Of a stretch of 64,000 nt of DNA, positions 17,601 through 24,871 are shown in pieces. The stretch is from positions 62,473 to 126,472 of the IMG/VR virus record IMGVR_UViG_3300033148_004740. One strand, 5' to 3'. Within the stretch, counting starts at the first letter, position 1. The number at the start of each line of letters is the position of its first letter. The notes under the pieces are model-generated. The model was not told the DNA's origin. It ran no database searches and saw only the letters and a list, made by a program, of their open reading frames with translations. The translations under genes and the position numbers were made by a program. Origin of the DNA: a virus.

Positions 17601-20563
17601 TTCAGAGCCATCCCTCCTAACGTAGAGAGAGCTGACGAGAGGGCCCCTTCCTGATCGGGAGCTACGAGCACAGATTTTTTTCCAGCCTCTGTAGTACGAG
17701 AGTCAGCAGCTCGAGATTTGAGCGTGTTGATGGCTGTTTTTCTAGACTCAGGGAGAGTCTTTGATACTAGCCACTCAGCCCATTTCTTTATTCTAGTAGA
17801 AACTCTATCAGCATCACGACTGGGGCCCCCAGCAACAACATCTTCACGTATCTGTCCTGCGCGATCTGGACCAATAATTGTCCCCTCATAGACCTCTGTT
17901 AGCCAATCGTCCTCAGCCTGAAAACGCTTGTCTCCTTGTACAGTTATGATTGCAGTCTTCGCAGCATTGATTACATCGTTCCCAATCAGTTTGTCTGAGC
18001 CCTCTATCTGTGGGTTGTACAAATAGAAATCTGGATTGATCAGGCTTGCAATACCAATGTTATACAGCCCAAGGTTCTCTAGCTCATGAGTATCTTCAAG
18101 ATACTGAGCTACACGATCATAACTGTCATCCTGCTGAAGAGCGTTAACCACTTGAGAAAGAGGAAAGTCCGGATAGGCGTTGTTCCCACCGGCAGCTGTT
18201 GAAGCAGAGATAAGCTCACGGACACTTTCGAACTGCTTCAGCTCAATCAGTTCTGAGTTGAGAATGCGATCAGCTAATTCAGAGACCTTCCCAGTAAAGA
18301 GATTCATAGCCTCCTGGCCAGGACCGAGCGAAGCAATATCATGTGTCTCTTTTGTGCGATCTGCTATTAGAGTATTTAGCTGTTCTCTTTCTTCCGAAGA
18401 AAGGTCCTCTCCCTTACCAACCTTTTCCCAGAGGCCGAGAACTAAGCCAACATTCTTTTGTGGAGCTATTACTGGCTCAAAGTTAACAACACCGGCCAGA
18501 CCAGCAGTTCTGACTGGGGCACTACCAAATCCTTTCGGAGGGGGAGTTGGACCAATCTTAACCGCAGCGCGGCGTTCTTGAATAAACGGCAAGAGGTCCT
18601 CCGCTAATCTTTTCCCAGCTACTGCATTTCCATCCACAACATTAATAAGCATAAAGGCCAGATCTGCTATTGACGACTCAGTAATCAAGTTCAAATACTT
18701 TAGAACCTCCAACATAGTGAGATGTAGATAGAGCCCATATTGTGTAGCCGAATTAGCATAAGCATCTTCGGTTCCGTCCCGGGTCCCTCCATACCTATAG
18801 GAAGAAGCAACATCCCTGTTATATAGATGGATAGATCCTTCGTCATCTGGGGCCAAATCACCTGCTCCAATTAGAGGGAGACCAGCAAGCCCTAAGACAG
18901 GGCCTAAGGCTGCTGCTGCAACAGACCCAAGACCTGACACTCCTACTCTAGCCTTTCCTACTATTGGAAGTTTATCTGAATCTACACTGAAGCCAGACTT
19001 TGAGTTAAAACTAAAAGCATCTGAGACAAACTCGAGAGATTGACCAAGTACGTCGAGCACAGCATTCCTTAGCTGATAGCTAGAGGTAAACGATGTTCCT
19101 GCTACCAGTTTCTCTTGGGTCTCAGGGGTGACCGGGTTGTCGACCAGAGTGAAGACTGCACTGTAGGTTCCCGGTTTACCAGGAACAGTAGAGGTGCTCA
19201 TGTCCTCTACAATGAATTCTTTGAGCCCACAGAGATTAACGAGCTCGTTACGGAGACGTATGTTCCTCATACCAGCGGGGACCTGGCGCATCTTCCTTCC
19301 CTGGCTCTCTACCATGTTGTACCAGGTAGCAAGAGCTGCAATCCCGTCCTCATGAGGAGTCAGGATAGAAAGAGAGACGATACCATCTGTGCTTCCAATG
19401 TGTTGAAAGGTTGGATAACAGTGTCCGGTCATAGGAATGGTAGCAAGTGTATTCTCGAAACTGATTGAAATTCCTGTGATAATTAGACCCATGTCATCAA
19501 AGGCAAATACTTCCTCCTTCTGCATGAGTAACTTTGACTCTGCTCCTGTTCCTTCTCCCTTTGCTGCCTCCTCTAATGTGATATCTAGCCTGTCATGCCA
19601 TTCAATGATTGAACCACGCTTATCTGTTGTGACGTTCCAATCTGTTCCCTCTCCTACTAGGACACCCATAGAGGCAAGCTCTTTCTCCTTGCTTGCGATC
19701 TTTCCTCTGAGAACGCTCTTCACGTCTTCAAGACGAGGGGCTTCTTCAGGGAGATCGATAAAGGAGGAAGTATTCCAGACCTCTCTTACTGGGGCTATGT
19801 TCATGTCCAGTTGTTCTTTAACCTGGACGATGAGAGCACCGGGCATTCCAGCAAATTCACTTGTTCCAATCGCTGGAGTGAACTGTGTATACTTCACTAT
19901 CTCGCTGTCCATCTCTTTGAGGGCAGCTATGTCGCTCCTTAGAGCATTGAACATCTTCTTAGCGACTAGCATGTACTGGCTGACAAACATCTCTGTACCA
20001 GGAGTAGAGAGGTGACCCACTTCAGCGTCTCCAGGATAGGGACCGCGCATCTGCTCAGCCTTATAGAGGAGCCTCCAAGCCTTAGAATGCTTAGGGTTCC
20101 GGACGCCCTTGGGAATGAAGATGTCCTCACGGAAGATGAAGTCGTTAGAATAAGGGAAGTAATTGAACCAGGAAAACATTAGATTCAGTGTGAGAACATT
20201 AGTATCTGAACCAGCAGCATCAACTATCTCGAGCTGCTTGAGTGCAAGAACCATGGCTTGGTCATTCTTATCGTTGGCGAGACCTAGGACACTCTTACGG
20301 ATGAAAGCATTCTCAACCCAGCAGAAGGGAGTGACGCGAATCTGGGAGACAAGGTCACGTAGCTTCTTTAGCTCATCACCTTGATCAACTATCTGAATTG
20401 TGACAGCAATATCAATCTGTGAGTATTCAGAGCTCAGCTTGATAGACGAACGGGTACGCAGAGTCGACCAGTAGTTGTTACTGGAGTTCCTCATGACCCT
20501 GATGTTCTCTGGAGGAACTACAAAGTCAATGTCGTTGATTTGGAAACTGCCGGTATCGGTCAT
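14636..20563 (-). CDS. Baseplate hub (gp27/gpD-like) fused to N-terminal tube-fold-like domains and an internal M23 zinc endopeptidase, 1975 aa
   Basis: M23 motifs PHRGIDI, LAAADGKI, TVYTHL, VKKGDPLGKVGNTGYSTGAHLHFEV (about 16925-17340). Hub motifs MQLRLGY...VLNGVITDV...IEITCQSYG and GSIIIIGNPRIKPYD...IEVEQVVHKF...FITEIT. Confidence 0.85.
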   Translation of the reverse strand: MTDTGSFQINDIDFVVPPENIRVMRNSSNNYWSTLRTRSSIKLSSEYSQIDIAVTIQIVDQGDELKKLRDLVSQIRVTPFCWVENAFIRKSVLGLANDKNDQAMVLALKQLEIVDAAGSDTNVLTLNLMFSWFNYFPYSNDFIFREDIFIPKGVRNPKHSKAWRLLYKAEQMRGPYPGDAEVGHLSTPGTEMFVSQYMLVAKKMFNALRSDIAALKEMDSEIVKYTQFTPAIGTSEFAGMPGALIVQVKEQLDMNIAPVREVWNTSSFIDLPEEAPRLEDVKSVLRGKIASKEKELASMGVLVGEGTDWNVTTDKRGSIIEWHDRLDITLEEAAKGEGTGAESKLLMQKEEVFAFDDMGLIITGISISFENTLATIPMTGHCYPTFQHIGSTDGIVSLSILTPHEDGIAALATWYNMVESQGRKMRQVPAGMRNIRLRNELVNLCGLKEFIVEDMSTSTVPGKPGTYSAVFTLVDNPVTPETQEKLVAGTSFTSSYQLRNAVLDVLGQSLEFVSDAFSFNSKSGFSVDSDKLPIVGKARVGVSGLGSVAAAALGPVLGLAGLPLIGAGDLAPDDEGSIHLYNRDVASSYRYGGTRDGTEDAYANSATQYGLYLHLTMLEVLKYLNLITESSIADLAFMLINVVDGNAVAGKRLAEDLLPFIQERRAAVKIGPTPPPKGFGSAPVRTAGLAGVVNFEPVIAPQKNVGLVLGLWEKVGKGEDLSSEEREQLNTLIADRTKETHDIASLGPGQEAMNLFTGKVSELADRILNSELIELKQFESVRELISASTAAGGNNAYPDFPLSQVVNALQQDDSYDRVAQYLEDTHELENLGLYNIGIASLINPDFYLYNPQIEGSDKLIGNDVINAAKTAIITVQGDKRFQAEDDWLTEVYEGTIIGPDRAGQIREDVVAGGPSRDADRVSTRIKKWAEWLVSKTLPESRKTAINTLKSRAADSRTTEAGKKSVLVAPDQEGALSSALSTLGGMALKKITLGADLYLETIKTRPQKTMTGARGAEVAQHRFGIKDTLDHLPASSYVKPPPSLDPNADPEWGWPTSESENTHISSHFGVVRGGISTAPHRGIDIVRNGGPGNTSKLLTVLAAADGKIEVIPDKYLTYNETWGEYKESQGRDPLKLREKIRLKQHDTAVTIRLIHAGGYRTVYTHLQWPDEPMIQALSKRFYESNEPVYVKKGDPLGKVGNTGYSTGAHLHFEVRANANKTSVLPPLEVLDSEFHKSPGPIVGFDPTNESLFTKSVEQLEKDLIKTQGYSIMRAYPTFKLYFIESDEGERKKYKFDDFFGYSSVVDIEVVRNKKLPADLAIIRLTNVSGVLSNRKFQGQGRETEPRKADDTLAKESLAPGAANTGLENPIASLMLQPGIAMQLRLGYDNQPDELEKVLNGVITDVSFSPSDDIIEITCQSYGIELVQNVYGDVKEFSAGWFSAGDSSTATILEEMMAAPEITHFGRWDPADPKDKSRALLTNKWEIIPTPADDNIFAPTGNSGLNGLYDNTVYKLYRATAWDVIQEMTLRHPGWIAYPVPYDDVWGARMTLFFGLPNQLYFARKPTGKEDRAYDSVSKFVDKSVDALEEVTDATKANQSLSKRVKAIVTGKAKTVDDDLREVVVNRALLQMSKDRGIIKPFRNYHVLTSTQHIIHNDIKSTSWNTFNICTVQYEDDEPSPDEKTQSLKLDEAETFTLRVDDAIPDEEKREMFASYPNCIGEEAAKRYAQSLLKESMGYGYRGSIIIIGNPRIKPYDICYVLDEYNDMFGPIEVEQVVHKFSQQHGFITEITPCMCVHVNEVTTMASMDAMGLIAEHALNKIGLRSLPGVSTGGHTVFVPGLGLPNPLAAKGLANSFAQSSESVSFGALATTLAKTAIVGAVRHNFIGTFILDKLLTRSQLAHPLRFSPLVLQGKPMLGGVPTRSNKGSFAQSVARWSSRTRATSPLYAEHLYDKINPNNWFRPQGSFSAWLTGTER

Positions 20564-20569
20564 GCGCTC

Positions 20570-23500
20570 CTACCCGAATATCTTGTCAGCCATAGTGTAT
20601 GGATTGTTGCTAGACCTACTGTCCCTGACGTTTAGATTAACAGAACTTCCACCACCCGTCATCCCCGATATAGAGGAGGCCAGGCTAGATGGAGTCACCA
20701 TGAAGTTGGATCGAGCTCGAACATGTGCTCGTGTACGAGGAGGACCAGCCAAATGTACAGCATTCTGATGCATCATACCAGGGGCAGAAGGAGAACCCAT
20801 CTGGGCAGAGACCTGCATATCGTCTTGCTTCATGCGACCAGCTCCCTTTCCTCTATTCAGACTCACTCGTGTCTGCATCCCTCGTCCTGAGCCTACAGTC
20901 TCATTAGGAGAAGAGAGAGCAAGGGACAGAGCGATAGCACCAGCAAGGCCATAGCCAATAGGCTTATGGTGACGGATCATCCCGCGCCCTGCCTTGCCTA
21001 GCAAGTTCTCTATCGTCCCTCGAGCCCCAACAGCTTCTCCCATTGCGTGACCACCAGAGAAGCTCACAGTCTGTAGGAACTGCTTAATCGCACCAGGCTG
21101 GAACAATCGTCCACCAGTGCCACTGATCAGCTGAGCCTTAGCGAGCTCTCCAGATTTTTCAAACTTGTGTAGTGACGACATGAGTCCCTTAGCGGTTCCC
21201 TCTACGTCAATGCCACTTAGTTTGTTTCCAAGACTAAAGCCCAAAGCCTTCTCTGCGTCACGAGCTCCAGAGATAGCCAGGTCCTGACTCAATAGCTTTT
21301 GGCCAGCGGTCCCCGGCTTAACAATCTCGTTGATCTCTCCGATTAGAGAGGTGGCATCCCGCTGAGTAAATGAGCGACGGATAGCTTCCATCTGTGCTTC
21401 AAAGGAAAGGGTCTTCTCTCCAGCAATATGTTTACCAGAGATAGGTGTCTGTTCTAACCACTCGAGCAGGAACTGAGCATCAGCTAATTTCTTCCCTTTC
21501 ATATGCTGGAGGGAAGCTCTGCGGGCTGTAGTCAATTCAGTGGAGAGGAAGGGGACCTCGCGTTGAGTAATCCCCAGCTTTGCGATATCTCCATATACGT
21601 TCTTCTCTATTTGTGCCAAGGTCATAGCCCCTGCGCTCTTCTTAGCCTTAACTAGCTGTAGCCTCATCTGATGCTGAGCATAGGCAACCTGGTATTCGTT
21701 ACCAGCCATTTGGTTAAAGTGGGCCAGCTGTTTAGCTGACTTAGGGCTAACCAAGAATGCAGACAAGGCATCAGCGTCTTTATCAGCTGCCATACCTAAC
21801 ATAGGAGAAAGATTCATCTGGTGGACCTCTCCACCGATGTTCATGCGGACCTTCTTCTCTGCTACAGCAATACTGTCCTCGAGAGTATCTACTGCCTCAA
21901 ACATTACAGGCTGTAGAGAGAAGGCCCCAATAAGTGGGTCACGAGCCACCATTCCCTGTACCTTTCCTGTGCTCTTGAACTGCTCGAACATCTCGGTAAG
22001 CTCTGAGCCATACATGCCAGTGCGTCTCATCTCACCAAACATATTCTCGATGTGGCTCTTCGATATGCCAACAGTGTTTAGGTCAGTGGGAGTATAGTTC
22101 CCTATCTGGGAAACTGCTTTGAGGCGTCGAGAGCCAGTGACCTTTCCTCTTAGAAAGCCACCAAGGCCTTTACCAGCAGGGGCTGCTTGGCCTGCAAGCT
22201 CAGCCATTGCTTTCTTCATATAAGAGTCCATGGCCCCTGCGCCTAGATCACCAGAAGCAAAGGCTCCACCTCTCTCTGCTATACGGTGATAGACGTCAGG
22301 GAGGTAACCGGCAATCTTCCCGGTAGGTGTAGCATGCGGCTGCATAGCTGGGGTATTGACACCTGGGACAAAGACATCTGGGCGTCCCTCTCCCATCTTC
22401 ATCCACCCTCCACCGCGTTCAATGAAGTTCTGGAAATCACCTCGAGAATATGGATGCTTAGAAACGTCCCAGTCAGCAGTACCAGGCATACTAATCTGGC
22501 CCTGCATAGAAGAAAGACTCTTAGTGATATCTTCAAAAGCAGACACTTTCTCAGGAGAGGTAATAGCAACTCGGCGAGCGAGATCATCTGCTAGTTCACT
22601 TGCAAACGGAGTGTCTCTATACGGAGCTCCTTCAAGGATATCAAACACACGAGGTTCAATATTTCCCAGGCCTCCTACGCCCTCGTGAGGTCCACCCCAC
22701 GTAAGCTGAGCCCCACCAACAGCAATGCCACGGAACATTTCGCGGAAAGTCTGCGTACTGGTAACACCTGCACTGGAGGCCATTTGGTATGCTGCCTTAG
22801 CTCCAAACACTTTGGGAACAGCACCAAAGATTCGACCGAACTCCTCTCCAGTAACATTCCCGTGTCTGACAGCAAATCCCATGGCCCTCTCAACAAAAGC
22901 TTGTTGAGACTTCTGTGTACGATCCCAAGTGTGAGCAAACGACAGGGGCTTACGCATGAAGCGCTCTCCCCATGGGCCGAGATCCTTATCTAACATAGTC
23001 TGGTACATACCAGTCATGATCTGTTTGTTCAGCTTGGCCGGATCTTTTACAAGGTCATCGAAGGATGCGAGTACATCTACTGGAGCTCGCATTCCGAATC
23101 CACGGCCAGTAGAGAAACGCATCAGGTCGTCTTCAGTAAATCTAGCGAGAGCCTTTAGGTCACCAAACCACTTCTCTTGCTGACCAAGGCGACGACGATT
23201 CATCTGCCACAGTGTGACAAAGTCTCCCTTATTAACGTCTTTGAAATTCTCGATGCCCATGATGGCACCCTCTGCAGCTGAAGGGGCGGTGACCAATGCT
23301 CCAGTCTTTGCGCTCCTTCCAAGAACAGTACCTGGAGCAACAGTCTCTCCTGCACGAATTGCGTTCATTACGTCTCTGTCTACAGCAGTAAGATGAGTAG
23401 AAGTAGCATACTCTTGTTGCATGATACCTTTAACGCGAGAGCTCATAAGAGCTTCACCCTCATTAACCCCTAGTCTCTCTAACTCGCCAGCATACTTCTC

Positions 23501-24871
23501 TGGATCGACATAGGCTGTTGTAAGGTAAGGGGCAGAGGCATAAGCTTCCCGAGCTGCTGTGTCAAAGGCTCCTAGCTCAGCGACGGAGGCTGCTCGAGCT
23601 TGAGCTTCTCCTGTGTATCCCCACGCACGAACTGCCTGTTGTGGCGACCTTCCCATTGCTGTGCGACGTGGCGTTGGGTACAAATCAGCGATGTCGAATG
23701 TTTGTGCCCGGCCCTTTGATACACCAGTTGCACCCACTCCACCAAACAGTTTCCTCTCTTCCATAATCGACATGTACTCAGCAGTCCTAGGATCTCTAGT
23801 AGAAGCTTTCCAATTGAATGGTCCCGTCTGATCAACTGCCTCTGTCGCTATTCTGATATCAACTTGCTGGCCACGAAAATCTCTGTAGCCTTGCATCCAT
23901 GATGGTTCTAATCCTTCTGGCATATTGGGCAGTGTCTCTAGTTCACGGAAGATAGAAGTGCTCATCGATTTGATGGCAACATCGAGCTCACCTTGAGAAC
24001 GAATGCGACCTTCTTTGAGAGCAGGCATAATAGTTGTTTCAAATTCTCTCAGGAAATACTCATGGCGAGCCATCGACTTGTACTTGAAACCGCCTCCGTC
24101 TTGAGGCGTAGCAAGAAGAATATCAGGAGAGATATAACGAGTCTGGAGAGACTGGCCCATGAGCATGGTCCCATCACGGGTAATAGGAAGATTGAACCCT
24201 ACCTCGAGCCCTCCTGCTGCTTGCCAATGAAAACGATAGGCTTCTCCAGGAAGGCCTGGGCGTGTGATCTGTTGAGCGAGCCCCCCTGTTGCTCCAAGAC
24301 CTTTTGTAATATCATTGAAATAACTAGAGACTCCGGGAATCATATCCACAGGGTTAATGGTCGAGGGCTTGAGCCTCAATTCGCGAACAGAGGAGATGTC
24401 TGGAAGGTTTCCTAGCTTGGACTGCTGCCAGCTGAGGACATCTACGTTCTCTCTGAAACGCGCGGTCACCCTCTGCATCAGGTTAGACTGGTTACGACCT
24501 ACCGTCTCTCTAATAGCCGTATATACGTCCTGAGGATTCTTATAGGTTCCTAGCTTTGAGGTAAAGGACAGGAGCTTCTGCTTGGACATAGGATCTGCCG
24601 CTGCCATAGCTTGTTCCCATGCCTGTTGGGCTACCCGTGCCCCTTCCTTCTCTAGGAAGAACTTCTCCTTACCTCCCATATAGCGTAGGAAGTCAGCAAC
24701 AGAAGCCTCCCCTTTAGCAGCAGAGCCTGTTCTCATAGCTCCTAGAAGAGAAGAGGTAGTACCTACTTCTGTGGTACCTGCACGGGATTGCCTTACAGCA
24801 GCCGCTACACCCGCTACAACAGGAGCACCTATGATGGCAGACTCTAGTAGACCTGGGCCGTCATTAGCCAT
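20570..24871 (-). CDS. Single-chain two-barrel (beta+beta'-like) RNA polymerase with hydrophobic N- and C-terminal segments; putative virion RNAP, 1433 aa
   Basis: Colinear degenerate RNAP motifs: RRTAMGRSPQQAV, GVNEGEALMSSRV, IRAGETVAPGTVLGR, RRLGQQEKWFGDLKAL, PVDVL, GGLGNIEPRVFDIL, LPDVYHRIAE, FLRGKVTGSRR, LNTVGISKSHIENMF, MVARDPLI, MAADKDADAL (21770-21784), VPFLSTEL, EQTPISGKH. Confidence 0.85.
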   Translation of the reverse strand: MANDGPGLLESAIIGAPVVAGVAAAVRQSRAGTTEVGTTSSLLGAMRTGSAAKGEASVADFLRYMGGKEKFFLEKEGARVAQQAWEQAMAAADPMSKQKLLSFTSKLGTYKNPQDVYTAIRETVGRNQSNLMQRVTARFRENVDVLSWQQSKLGNLPDISSVRELRLKPSTINPVDMIPGVSSYFNDITKGLGATGGLAQQITRPGLPGEAYRFHWQAAGGLEVGFNLPITRDGTMLMGQSLQTRYISPDILLATPQDGGGFKYKSMARHEYFLREFETTIMPALKEGRIRSQGELDVAIKSMSTSIFRELETLPNMPEGLEPSWMQGYRDFRGQQVDIRIATEAVDQTGPFNWKASTRDPRTAEYMSIMEERKLFGGVGATGVSKGRAQTFDIADLYPTPRRTAMGRSPQQAVRAWGYTGEAQARAASVAELGAFDTAAREAYASAPYLTTAYVDPEKYAGELERLGVNEGEALMSSRVKGIMQQEYATSTHLTAVDRDVMNAIRAGETVAPGTVLGRSAKTGALVTAPSAAEGAIMGIENFKDVNKGDFVTLWQMNRRRLGQQEKWFGDLKALARFTEDDLMRFSTGRGFGMRAPVDVLASFDDLVKDPAKLNKQIMTGMYQTMLDKDLGPWGERFMRKPLSFAHTWDRTQKSQQAFVERAMGFAVRHGNVTGEEFGRIFGAVPKVFGAKAAYQMASSAGVTSTQTFREMFRGIAVGGAQLTWGGPHEGVGGLGNIEPRVFDILEGAPYRDTPFASELADDLARRVAITSPEKVSAFEDITKSLSSMQGQISMPGTADWDVSKHPYSRGDFQNFIERGGGWMKMGEGRPDVFVPGVNTPAMQPHATPTGKIAGYLPDVYHRIAERGGAFASGDLGAGAMDSYMKKAMAELAGQAAPAGKGLGGFLRGKVTGSRRLKAVSQIGNYTPTDLNTVGISKSHIENMFGEMRRTGMYGSELTEMFEQFKSTGKVQGMVARDPLIGAFSLQPVMFEAVDTLEDSIAVAEKKVRMNIGGEVHQMNLSPMLGMAADKDADALSAFLVSPKSAKQLAHFNQMAGNEYQVAYAQHQMRLQLVKAKKSAGAMTLAQIEKNVYGDIAKLGITQREVPFLSTELTTARRASLQHMKGKKLADAQFLLEWLEQTPISGKHIAGEKTLSFEAQMEAIRRSFTQRDATSLIGEINEIVKPGTAGQKLLSQDLAISGARDAEKALGFSLGNKLSGIDVEGTAKGLMSSLHKFEKSGELAKAQLISGTGGRLFQPGAIKQFLQTVSFSGGHAMGEAVGARGTIENLLGKAGRGMIRHHKPIGYGLAGAIALSLALSSPNETVGSGRGMQTRVSLNRGKGAGRMKQDDMQVSAQMGSPSAPGMMHQNAVHLAGPPRTRAHVRARSNFMVTPSSLASSISGMTGGGSSVNLNVRDSRSSNNPYTMADKIFG

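Noticed and set aside
20570-24871. Reading this ORF as a plain tape-measure protein
   Set aside because: The centre is mixed alpha/beta with ordered RNAP motifs rather than helical repeats, and the TMP slot is already filled by 24871..28773. A dual role is not excluded.
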